64,000 bases of DNA from Squalus acanthias (taxonomy: Eukaryota): contig CM059431.1 in assembly GCA_030390025.1 (NCBI GenBank), positions 154,258,001 to 154,322,000 of the forward strand, read 5' to 3'. Positions 13,840 through 25,562 of this stretch are shown here, piece by piece. Both the position numbers and the translations under genes were made by a program. The number at the start of each line of letters is the position of its first letter. Positions within the stretch are counted from its first letter, which is position 1. A model generated the notes under the pieces. That model had not been told where the DNA came from and did no database searches. It saw nothing but the letters and a program-made list of their open reading frames with translations.

Positions 13840-16620
13840 CTCCACTTTAGCAATTTTTATCCTATCAGGTGTACTCGCTGCATCCTCCTTTACTATGTCT
13901 ATGGCTGCATCCTCTTCCTTGGTGAAGACAGATGCAAAGTACTCCTTCAGTACATCAGCCAGTGCCTCAGTGCATAGGTCTCCTTTTTGATCCATAATCG
14001 GCGCCACCCCTTCTCTTACTACCCTTTAACTATTTATATATGTCTATAGAAGACTTGTGGACTGCCTTTTTGTTGGCTGCCATTCTATTCTCAAATCCTC
14101 TCTTTGCCTATCTTATTTTCTGTTTCACATCTCCTCTGACCTTTCTATATATAGCCTGATTCTCAGATGTATTTGCAACCTGACATCCGTTGTACGCGCG
14201 CTTTTTCTGCTTCATCATATTCTCTATCCTTTTCATCTGCTAGGGAGCACTGACTTTAGTTGCCCTGCCTTTCCCCGTGTACCTGAACTATTTCCTCTTT
14301 AAAGACATCCCAATTTTCCATTGAAGTTTTGCCTGCCAATCTTTGTTTCCAGTTTAGCTGGGCCAGATCCGTTCTCACCCTACTGGAATTCGCCTTCCCC
14401 CAGTTAAACAGTTTTACTCTTGATTGCTCTCTGTCCTTTTCCATAGCTAATCTAAACCGTATGATACTATGATCACTGTTGACTAAATGTTCACCGAATG
14501 AAACTTGCTCCAATTGACCCACCTCATTCCCCAAAACCAGATCCAGCAATGCCTCCTCACCCATCGCGCCAGAAACATACTGATCAAGAAAGTTCACTTG
14601 AACACACTTCAGAAATTGTTCCTCTTCTCTGCCCTTAACACTATTACGATCCCAGTCTATATTAGGATAGTTGAAGTCCGGCATTATTACTACTCTACAG
14701 TTCTTGCACCTCTCTGTAATTTATTTGCTAGGTTGCTCCTCCATATCTTTGTCAGTATTTGGTGGTATATAGAATACAGTTAGTAGTGTAATGGCACCTC
14801 AATTATTTCTTAACTCTAGCCATATAGATTCTGTCCTTGACCCCTCCAGGACATCCTCCCTCTCCAGCACTGCAACATTCTCCTTGACCAATACTGCCAC
14901 ACCACCTCCTATCTTTCCTTCCCCATCTTTCCAGAAAATTATAACCAGGAATATTTAATACCCATTCTGTCCTTTTTTGAGCCAGTTCTCATTTATTGCC
15001 AAAAAATGATATTCCCATGTGACTATTTGTTCCTGCTGCTTACTTACCTTGTTGACTACGCTTCGTGCATTCACATACAAACACTGTAAACCCATCTTAG
15101 ACCATTCTGTATTCTTTCTTAGTCAGACCCCACCTAATAACTTACTATTTCTTACTTGAGTGCTCTCTGCCTCTCCCAATCCTTTGAGCAGTTTATTTCC
15201 TCTTTCTAATGTTACATCCTGGTGCCCATCCCCCTGCCAAATTGGTTTATACTCTCCCAGCAGCACCAGCAAACCTCCTTGAAATATTATTGGTTCCGGC
15301 ACTTTTGAGCTGCAAACCGTTCGCCCTATACTGGTCCCACCTCCCCCAGAACCAGTCCCAATGCATCAGGAATCTAAAGCCCTCCCACCTGCATCATCTC
15401 TAAAAGCACACATTTATCAGTGCTATCGTCCTTTTCCTGTACTCACTCGTGCGTGGCTCCGGGATTCATCCGGAGATTACTACCTTCGCGGTCCAGCTTT
15501 TTAATCGCTTTGCTAGCTCCCTGAATTCTGCCTGCAGGAACTTATCCCTCTTTCTTCCTATGTCGTTGGTAGCAAAATGGACCACGACCTCTGGCTGTTC
15601 ACCTTCCCGCCTCAGCATGTTCTGCAGCCGCTGGGTGACTTCCTTGACCTGACACCAGGGAGGCAAAATAACATCCTGGAGTCACGTCTGAGACCGCAGG
15701 ATCACCTGGTCTGCTCCCTAGCCATCGAATCCCCTACCACTATTGCTTTCTCACTATTCTTCCTCCCACCAGTACAGCTGAGCCACCCGTGGTGCCGCAG
15801 ATTTGGCTCTGGCTATACTCCCCAGAGGCACCATCGCCCTCACCAGTACTCAGAACCGAATACTGGTTGCAGAGCGAGATGCACTCAGGGGAATCCTCCA
15901 TTACCTGCCTGGTCCTCTTCTGTCTGGTGGTGACCCAGTCCCTTTCTGCCCTCACACTCTTTATCTGCGTTGTGACCACCTCCTGAAACGTGCTATCCAC
16001 GAAGTTCTCAGCCTTACGGATGCACTGCAGTGTTGCGAGCTGCTGCTCAAGCTCCAAAACCTGGATCTCGAACTCCTCCAGCTGCCAACGCTTCCTGCAC
16101 ATGTGGTTGTCCAGGACACGGGAAGCATCCTGGAGTCCCCACGTGTCACAGAAGGTGTATTACACGGATGTAATCTGCGCTGCCATGCCTTTACTTAATA
16201 GACAATTAACTAGAAACACTTACCAGCTGCACAACAACCAGCTCCTTCCCTGGTTCTGACCTAATTTTAGCTGTTCTGCAGTTGTTGCTTTTGTTGTTGT
16301 TGTTTTCGCTGGAGGTCCTCTGACTCCTCGCTACCGCCGCTGCTCCAAACTGCGCTCTCCCTGGGCACCCCACTCGAATTATACTCTGCCGCCTCGCTGC
16401 TGCCGCTCCTCTGCTCTGCGCTCTCTCTGGGCCGCCCGCTTGATTTATACTCCACCTCCTGCTGTCCTCTGAGGTCACTCCTTTTTTTTTAAATCACAGC
16501 TGAGCTCTTTTTATGCCAACGCGTCTGCTGCCACCGCTCCTGCTCAGGCCTGTGCTGTGTCCTGGGCCTTTTCCGGTGCTCCTTTTAAGCTACCGCCTCT
16601 GCTTCCGCCGCTCCCGCTGT
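13840..16620 (-). mobile_element. CR1 LINE 5' half: GC-rich 5' UTR, ORF1 (Zn-finger/coiled-coil plus esterase-like) and APE part of ORF2
   Basis: ORF 15740-16102 (CRK..QL...LELEQQLATL), ORF 15466-15666 (QPEVVVHFATNDIG), ORF 14256-14684 (DFNYPNIDW, LLDLVL, SDH). Confidence 0.85.
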
Positions 16621-17194
16621 ATTGTAAATTTGTCGTGCTTGGGTACGCATTGGTCCATTGCGTTCCTATAAGTAAATCTATAATACCTCCGCTCACCTAA
16701 GCTATTCAATCCTGCCAAGCCAATTCTGACAATACTTTATCAGTGTTTTCAGTTGGCCTCCTTTATTTTAATAAAATGAGTAATCCAGCAGTCTTCCATT
16801 TACGCTAGAAACCCTTCCCTGTCTTACGAATATAAATTTTATTGTGCCTGTCAGCTTCTGGTAAATTTAAATTTCGAACTGATATCGTTGGTCCCTTACT
16901 AGTCACCTTCCTTACTTAATCTGTATTAATGCTTTTGTCATGGCCTTGGTGTCTGCAACCTATTCCCAGTAATAGCTACTTCTGTAACTACCTATTGATT
17001 CTACCTAAAATATTCTGCATCTGCTTTTCCATGTTATATATAATTTCTCAATACTGGAGACTGCATATACTGCCACACCACCTAATTTTCTCCTGATTCC
17101 GACCCTTCTAAACAATTCATATCCATATATGTAAACCATTGATTCGGACCATTCCACCATGTCTCCATGATGCTAATAATGTCCCATTGTTTTA

Positions 17195-17980
17195 TTCGCT
17201 ATGGGACCTGGGCGTCGCTGGCAAGGCCAGCATTTATTGCTCATTCCTCGTTTCCTTTGAGAAGGTGGTGCAAGCCGCCTTCTTGAACCGCTGCATTCCG
17301 TGTGTTGAAGGTATTCCCACAGTGCTTTTAGGGAGGTCGTTCAAGTATTTTGACCCAGCGACTATGAAGGATTGGAGATTTACTTCTCAGTCAGGATGGT
17401 GTGTGACTTGGAGGGGAACTTGGAGGTGGTGGTGTTCCCATGCGCCTGCTGCCCTTGCCTTTCTAGGTGGAAGTGGATGCGGGTTTGGGAGGTGCTGCCG
17501 AAGAAGACTTGGTGAGTTGCTGCAGTGCATCTTGTGGATGAGACACACTGCAGCCACGGTACTCCGGTGGTGGAGGGAGTAAATGTTTAAGGTGGTGGAT
17601 GAGGTGCCAATCAAGTGGCCTGCTTTGTCCTGGATCGTGTCGAGTTTCTTGTGTTGTTGGAGCTGCACTCATTCAGGCAAGTGAAGAGTATTCCATCAGA
17701 CTCCTTACTTGTGCCTTGTAGATGGTGGAAAGTCTTTGGGGAGTCAGCAGCTAAGACACTCGCCGCAGAATACCTAGCCTCTGACCTGCTCTTGTTGCCA
17801 CAGTATTTATGTGGCTGGTCCAGTTTAGTTTCTGATCAATGGTGACCCCCCAGGATGTTGATGATGGAGGATTCGGCGATGGTAATGCCGTTGAATGACA
17901 AGGGGAGGTGGTTAGACTCTCGCTTTTTGGAGATAGTCATTGCCTGGCACTTCTGTGGTGCGAATGTTACCTGCCACTTC
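17195..17980 (-). mobile_element. Second CR1/L2-group LINE family, 3' fragment
   Basis: KWQVTFAPQKCQAMTIS and KKLDTIQDKAGHLIG; homologous to 20970-21740. Confidence 0.8.
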
Positions 17981-18505
17981 ATTTTTGAAACAGACTGTGG
18001 GAAGCAGAACAGCTTGAGTCGCAAACGCAACCAATTTCTTGTGTGTATTCGGGACAGTTTTCTGTAATATGAGAACAGGCCATATTGTATTTAGTAATGA
18101 GCCTGAATTAGTCGACCAGTGGTGTCCCCCAGAGGACTGTACTGGGCCCTTAGCTTTACATTATATATATCAAATATTTTTGAGCCGTATATCTAACTTT
18201 GCATATGATACTACGTTAAGTGGCATGGTTAAGAAAGATAGACTATAAGACATCAATATTTATAGTTCTTTTCACGACATCAGGACATTCCAAAGTACTT
18301 GACAGACAATTAAGTACTTTTGAATTGTAGTTACTTTTATAATGTAGGAAACGCAAATAGTATAGATTGGAGTAGAACGTTGTAAAGGGAAAGTGAAAGA
18401 TTAAGTTGGTGAGCAAAACTGTGGCAGATAGAGTTCAATGCAGGAAAATATGTGGCCATCCACTAAGTAAGATAGAAGAGAATATTTTCTAAACGACGCA
18501 AAGCT

Positions 18506-18951
18506 ACACGGTGGCATAGTGGTTAGCACTGGTGCTTCACAGCGCCAGGGACCCGGGTTCGAATCTGGCCTTGGGTGACTGTCTGTGTGGAGTTTGCACA
18601 TTCTCCCCGTGTCTGCGTGGGTTTCCTCCGGGTGCTCCGGTTTCCTCCCACAGTCCAAAAATGTGCGGGTTAGGTTGATTTGGCTATGATAAATTGCCCC
18701 TTAGTGTTAGGGGGGCATTAAAAATATGGGGTTATAGGTATAGGATAGGAAAGGATATGTTAAGGGGAATTAAATATGTGGGGTTACGGGGATAGGGTGG
18801 GATATGTGTCGGTGCAGGCTCGATGGGGATTCTGTGTGGGAGAGCAGGGACAGGGTACTGGATTTGGATGATCAGCCATGATCGTATTGAATGGTGGAGC
18901 AGGCTCGACGGGCAGAATGGCCTACTCCTGCTCCTAGTTTCTATGTTTCTA
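18506..18951 (+). mobile_element. tRNA-derived HE1/V-SINE-like SINE
   Basis: A box TGGCATAGTGG, B box GGTTCGAATC, V-domain core, CR1-type tail ending TTTCTATGTTTCTA. Confidence 0.92.
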
Positions 18952-19108
18952 GGAACTGTGGATGAACAGAGTGATTCAGGTGCCGAAGTCGAAGCTAGTG
19001 GACAGATGGAAAAACAATGAAAATGCGAATGAGTTGTTGGACTTTATCTCAAGAGGGCTGTAATAGAATGTGTCGAAAGTTATGTTATACCTGTACAGCG
19101 CTCTGGTT

Positions 19109-20744
19109 TGTAAGGGATTTTTTTTTTTTGGTGCCGAAGGCTGCTCTGTGCGCAGCCTGGGTGCTAGTGCGTGGTTAGGCCTTGTTGCCTGTTCTGGTCT
19201 CCAGCCAGCCTGATAACACTAGACACCTGTGACTGGTTCGACCCGCTCGCCCTTACGGTTCTGACACTGGACTTAGATGCGAGAGCAATAATGCAGAGAA
19301 AACTCAGGTAGACCCGGTTGAATAGTACGAAATGGCAAATCTTTATTGCATATTATTCAAGATTACGAAATACATGTCATAAGCACAGATTAATGACAAT
19401 ACAAACTTACACATAGTTATGAAACTAGGTTTAGGGAAACGAGGAGCGCACGACACATCGAAAAAGGGGACACACATTATAATTATCCTTAAAATGAGAA
19501 CCCTCCCCTATCAATACCTGTCCTAATCTAGATCTGTAGAATCGAGACTCATGCTCACCAATCGTGACAACTCACAGAATTCAAAAACGATGCTCGGATG
19601 CTTTCGCCACAGCACCTGACCGTTCACGTGTTGATCAGGGGTCTCTGCGCCTCACTTGTTTCCTCGCTTCTGCTCCGGCTAGCAGGCTGGACCGTCTGCT
19701 GTCATGAAGATGTTACCGGCCTCGGATTTCTGATACCACTCGAAAAAGCGTCTTCCTATGCCCTACACCGGTTGCCTGTAGAACTCAAAGAAAAGTCTTC
19801 CAGGGCCAGTTGTGAAGTAGGCGATAGAATTCGAAGAAGTGGTTGATCGATTTTTCAGGCACGGTCGGGGTTTACTGACCGCGGCGGCACGTGTAGTCGT
19901 CTTCTTCTCTTCTCATCTCATCTCCTCTCGGGCCTTCGGATCCAACACCGTGTATCGACCTCTCGGGATGGTGAGCCCGCTTGCAGGCCTTCGCAGCCCA
20001 GCTCTACACAGATCTTCGCGGCAAGGCACGAGGTTGATCCCAGCGGATCAGAGTCCAGAGTCGTCGGGGGTAAAAGGAATAAGAGTTCAGCAGCCTTCCA
20101 GCGAGTCAAAGGAACAAGAGTAAGAGAGAGATGGACGTTTGGAGACTACAGTTATAGTACTGTAATTCCTTATCTCCCACCCAATCTTAATGTTCATCTT
20201 TTGTCATGTTTTGGCACTCAAACTTCTTGTATAGGGTGAGCTCAGTCTTTAATGGGTTTCGGTGGTACTTGTAACTGTCTAATACCTGTTGATATTTCTC
20301 CCATTGTGGAACCGGCCAGGAGTCTCCCTGGAGGGGTTTTAGGGGCCCCGAATTCTTGCTTTGAGTACCCGTGAACAGCTCTCTCATCGTAGAGCCGTGG
20401 GGAATTTGCGTATCAATTCCTTTGGATGGGCCCTTGATTACCCTTAATTTGTGCCTGGAAGACCGATTCCAGTACTTATGTTTAAAAATGCAAACCCATC
20501 GCGTCTTGTCTTATCTCAATATGCTGAGTACTGTCCGATCTCGCTGAAATGTTTATTGAAACGCCATCTTGTCTGCCTACAGATAGTCTAGAACATTCTG
20601 CCACGTGGACGTGGCGGCCATTTTACAGACTGCTTGTGTCCTTTTTGAAACATGACAGCATTTTGCTGAAATAAAGCTGATTATACGAAACTTTATGTCT
20701 CCTTCTCATTATTTTGAAATCCCGATAATTTTGCGAATTCTACA
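19109..20744 (-). mobile_element. Probable solo LTR (~1.64 kb) of an ERV or LTR retrotransposon
   Basis: TGTA...TACA termini; flanks GGTT/GTTT (4-bp TSD with one mismatch); interrupts a CR1; minus-strand AATAAA near 19345; no LINE or retroviral coding motifs. Orientation tentative. Confidence 0.65.
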
Positions 20745-20969
20745 GTTTAGGTCCAATCTGGGGTATTTCAATCAGATCTGGGTAGCACACCTTAGGAAGG
20801 ATATATATCGCCCTTCGAATGGCTGCAACGCAGATTCAGCAGAGTGATACCGGGTCTAAAAGTCTTAAATTATGAGGACAGTTTGCATAGATTAAGCTAG
20901 CATTCGTTTTAATATAGAAGATTCAGAGCAGATCTACCTGCGGTGTTTCATATGATTACAGATTTTTTA

Positions 20970-23860
20970 TACGTTCGTGGGATGTGGACGTCGCTGACAA
21001 GGCCGGCATTTATTGCACATCACTCATTGCCCTTGAGAAGGTGGTGGCGAGCACGGCCGTGTGGTAAAGGTACTCCCACAGTGAAGTTAGTGAGGGAGTT
21101 CTAGGATTTTCAACCAGCGGCGATGAAGTAACGGCGATATATTTCCAAACCAGGATAGTATGTAACTTGGAGAGGAACTTGCAGGTGATGGTGTTCCCAT
21201 GTGCCTGCTGCCCTTGTCCTTCTATGTGGTAGAGGCCGCGGGTTAGGGCGGTGCTGCCGAAGAGTCTTTGGCGAGTTTCCATCTTTTAGATGGTACATAC
21301 TGCAGCCATGGTGCGCCGGTGGTGGAGGGTGTGAATGTTTAAAATGGTGGATGGGGTGCCAATCATGTGGCCTGCTTTTTCCTGGATGGCGTCGAACTTC
21401 TTGGGTGTTGTTAGAGCTGCACTCTTCCAGGCAAGTGCAGGGTATTGCATCACACTCCTGAATTGTGACTTGTAAATGGTGGAAAGGCTTTGGGGAGTCA
21501 GGAGGTGAGATACTCGCCGCAGAATACCCATCCTCTGACATGCTCTTGATGCCACAGTATTTATGTGGCTGCTCCAGTTAGGTTTCTGGTCAATGGTGGC
21601 CCCCCAGGTTATTGATGGTGGGCAAGTCGGCGATGGTAATTCTGTTGAATGTAACGGGGCGGTGGTTAGACTCTCGCTTGTTAGAGATAGTCATTGCCTG
21701 GCACTTGTGTGGCGTGAATGTTACTTGCAACTTTTCAGCACAAGCCTGAATGTAGTCCAAGTCTTGTTTTATGCGGGCATAGATTGCTTCATTATCTGAG
21801 GAGTTGTGAATGGCACTGCACCCTATGAAGTCATCAGGAAACATCCCTATTTCTGACCAAATGATGGAGTGAATTTCATTGATGAAGCAGCTGAAGATGG
21901 TTCGGCAGAGGACACTGCCCTGAGGAACTCGTGAAGCGATGTCCTGGGGCTCTGATGATTGACCTCCAACAACCCCAGCCATCTTCCTTTGTGATAAGTA
22001 AAAAGAAAGAAATGCTTGCAGTTATATAGAGCAATTATCGGTCACCGGACATCTGAAAGCGCTGCAGAGCCAATGAAGTATAGTCACTGTTGTAATGTCG
22101 GAAACGCGGTAGCCAATTGCACATAGCCAGCTCCCACAAACAGCAATGCGATAAAGAACAGATAATGTTTTTTAGTTTTGTTTATTCAGGGATGAATATT
22201 GGCTAGGATACCGGGGATAATTCCCCTTCAGTTCTTCGAAATAGGGCCATGGCATTGTTTACGTCCACCTGAGTTTAACGTCTCATCTGAAAGACGACAC
22301 CTCCGACAGTGCAGCACTCCCTGATGTGTCAGCTTAGATTTATTTGAATCAGAGTCGAGTGTGCTACCCTCGGAGCCAACACTGACACTGGTAGGACTCC
22401 AGCCATTGGAGAATTTTCCCCCTGATTCCCATTGACTTCAGTTTCACTCGGGCTCCTTGATGCGACACCCATTCAAATGTTGCGTTGATGTCAAAGGCAG
22501 TCATTTTCACCTCACCTCTGGAATTCAGCTCCTTTGTCCATGTTTGGACCAAGGATGTAATGAGGTCTGGAGCCGAGTGGTCCTAGCAGAACCCAAACTG
22601 AGCATCAGTAAGCATGTTATTGATGAGTAAGTGCCGCTCGATAGCACTGTCGATGACACCTTCCATCACTCTGCTGATGATGGAGAGCAGACTGATGGGG
22701 CGGTAATTGGACGCATTGGATTTGTCCTGCTTTTAGTGGACAGGACACACCTGGAAATGTCCCAATTGTCGGATAGATGCAGTGTTGTAGCTGCACTGGA
22801 ACAGCTTGGCTAGAGGCGCGGCTAGTTCTGGAGCACAAGTCTCCAGTAAGACAGTGCGGATATTGTCGGGCCCATAGCCTTTGCTGTATCTAATGCGCTC
22901 AGTCGTTTCTTGATATCAAGTTGAATGAATCGAATTGTTTGAAGACTGGCTTCTGTGATGATGGGGACCTCAGGAAGAGGACGATATGGATCATCTATTC
23001 GTCACTTCTGGCTGAAGGTGGTTGCAAACGCTTCAGCATTGTCTTTTGCACTCACGTGCTGGGCTCAATTATCAGTGAGGGTGGGGATGTCCATGGAGCC
23101 TCCTACTCCCGTTACTTGTTTAATGGTCCACCACCATTCACTACTGGATGTAGCAGGCCTGCAGACCGTTAATCTGATCCGTTGTTTGTGGGATCGCTTA
23201 GCTCTGTCTATAGCATGCTGCTTCTGCTGTTTAGCATGCATGTCGTCTTGTGTTGCAGCTTCCCCAGGTTGGCCTTCATTTTTAGGTAAGCCTGGTGCTG
23301 CTCCTGGCATGCTCTTCTGCACTCTGTGTTGAACCAGGGTTGGTCCTCTGGCTTGATGGTAATGGTAGAGTGAGGGATATGCTGGGCCATGAAGTTTCAG
23401 ATTGTGGTGGAATACAATTCTGCTGCTGCTGATGGCCCACAGCGCTTCATAGATGCCCAGTTTCGAGCTGCTAAATCTGTTCTGAATTTACCCCATTTAG
23501 CACAGTGGTAGTGTCACAGACCACGATGCAGGGGGTCCTCAGTTTGAAGACAGGGCCTCATCTCCACAGTGACTGAGCAGTGTTCAGTGTTACCAATGCT
23601 GTCATGGATAAATGCATCTGCGACATGTAAATTGATGAGGATGAGGTCATGTAGGTTTTTTCCTCGTGTTAGTTCTCTCACCACCTGTTGCAGGCCCAGA
23701 CACGCAGTTATGTCCTCAGCGTTCGGCCAGCTCGGTCAGTAGTGGTGCTACCCAGCAACTCTTAGCGATGAATATTGAAGTCCCCCACCCAGAGTACATT
23801 ATGTGCCTTTGCTATTGTCAGTGCTTCTTCCAAGTGATGTTCAAGATGTAGGAGCGCTGA
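20970..23860 (-). mobile_element. Second CR1/L2-group LINE family copy, split by a SINE
   Basis: VPQGSVL..IFSCFINE, LSTIYKSQFRSVMQY, AFDINATF, QPWFNTEC; reading WLESY resumes across the SINE. Confidence 0.85.
22000..22388 (-). mobile_element. SacSINE1/DeuSINE-like SINE
   Basis: Shares the GCTCCCACAAACAGCAATG, CTCCGACAGTGC and L2-like tail blocks with 55308-55745 and 57405-57835. Confidence 0.7.
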
Positions 23861-24613
23861 TTAAAATCAGAGCTAAGTCGGACAGGGGTGATGTCAGGAA
23901 GCATCTGTTGAGAAATGGTCAATTGCAAATTTAATAACAGAGATTATTGAACGCAGGCGTGTAGATGCATTTAAGATAAAGATCAATATGATCTAATTGA
24001 ATGGCGGGAAAAGCTCGCGCGCCTTAATGGCCTATTTCTATTCCTATGTTCGTATCCTCTTTCTCCTTGCATTTGCAAGTGTCCCAAGCAGTATTTCACA
24101 AAATACTACATTCGCTTAAGCTTCCTTCCTAATACCCTAAATTAGCATAAAGGACCTATGGTCTATTTTACCTTTTATTCGTTCCCAGATTTACACAAAA
24201 ATTCGTTCCTCCGCTGCTCCCTGCAGCTGTTTGCCAACCTGGGATGTTTGATCGTCAATCCGGGCGACCAGGTGGTAACCCACTATTCGGCTTTCTCGTT
24301 CCGATTACCACAAAGTAATAGCCTCGAATTTCGTTTCGTGTGGGAAACTGAATATCAGGCGCTGATCCGATAGCGCCTGTTTCGAACCACCACCCGAGGC
24401 TAATTTCGAACTCGACATCTGTACACCGAATATACGAATCTCCAATTGCTACAATCTTGTCAGCTACTCTTTCTATATTTTCTTCTTCCCTTAGAGTCTA
24501 CTAGATTTACACTTTGCAAGGTAATTCCTACCCTGTCACAGCGAACCTTTGATTCCCCACATCAAGGGGGTCATATTAATTTTGGGTGATGGTGTAACGT
24601 TGCAGATATTGGG

Positions 24614-24696
24614 CTAGAAATTCGTCTGGGGCGGTGGCTCAAAGCGGGTGGTATCGGATCAGTCGTTTCTCTCCACCGCCCGAGAAGAATTTCTAG
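24614..24696. repeat. Short imperfect palindrome (MITE-like hairpin)
   Basis: Arms CTAGAAATTCGTCTGGGGCGGTGG and CCACCGCCCGAGAAGAATTTCTAG. Confidence 0.75.
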
Positions 24697-24741
24697 GTCA
24701 TTGACTTACAATTACCCCTTTCTCCAATTATTTCCATGGGA

Positions 24742-25562
24742 TGATGTGGAGATGCCGGTGTTGGACTGGGGTGGACAAATGTGAGATGTCGCACAACACC
24801 AGGTTATAGTCCCACAGCTTTATTTGAAATCACATGTTTTCGGAGCGCTGCTCCTTCGTGAGGTGAAGTGAAGAGATGCATATAGGCACAGCATATATAG
24901 TCAGAGAACACTGCCAGATGATTACAGTTAATCGTTCTATCAGCCCTTTATCACAACTCGGCAGAGAGATAATCACGGCAATCACAGGTGTCGATGGTGT
25001 CCAAACAGGTCAGTCAGGAAAAAATTACATCAGAGACAATGAGGTGGGGTCACAAGGGGTCAATTGTGGCAGATGCTGGGGTCTGTATGGAAAAGAAAAA
25101 ACGTTCGTTGCTGGAAATCACAGCAGGCCCGGCCGCATCTATGTAGCGAGAACAAGCCAACGACGACTCGAGTCTGGATGACTCTACGTCAGGTGGGGTT
25201 AAATGGAGCGTGACATGAACCCAAGATCCCGGTTGAGGCCGTCCTCATTGGTGCAGAACTTGGCTATCAGTTTCTGCTCGACGATTTTGCGTTGTCGTGC
25301 GTCGCAAAGGCCGCATTGGAGAACGCTTACCCGAAGATCGGAGGCTGAATGTCCTTGTCTGCTGAAGTGTTCCCCGAATGCCGAGGTGTGATAAAGGGCA
25401 GTTAGAAAGATTAACTGTAATCATCTGGCAGTGTTCTCTCACTATATATGCTGTGCCTATATCCATCTCCTCACTTCACCTGACGAAGGAGCAGCGCTCT
25501 GAAAGCTTGTGATTTCAAATAAAGCTGTTGGACTATAACCTGGTGTTGTGCGACTTCTCACA
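24742..25562 (-). mobile_element. Penelope-like element remnant with ~180-bp inverted terminal repeats and 13-bp TSD
   Basis: TSD TATTTCCATGGGA at 24729-24741 and 25563-25575; inverted repeats ~24779-24961 and ~25381-25563; minus-strand GIY-YIG C-terminus FGEHFS..GHSASDLRVSVL..EQKLIAKF..GLNRDLGF. Confidence 0.88.
25477..25511 (+). ncRNA. Minimal hammerhead ribozyme motif in a Penelope-like terminal repeat
   Basis: CAC-CTGACGA-AGGAGC-AGC-GCTCT-GAAA-GCTT-GTG: CUGANGA and GAAA cores around a hairpin. Confidence 0.75.

Larger units (their letters stand above)
17990..24055 (+). mobile_element. Old CR1 scaffold carrying nested insertions (pieces ~17990-18505, 18952-19108, 20745-20965, 23862-24055)
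   Basis: Pieces read in order as CR1 RT C-terminus then 3' UTR. Confidence 0.65.

Noticed and set aside
18506..18575. Functional tRNA gene
   Set aside because: It is the tRNA-derived head of a SINE, continuous with the V-domain and LINE tail
19598..20387. Short ORFs inside the LTR-like insert as viral accessory genes
   Set aside because: All under 100 aa with no recognisable motifs
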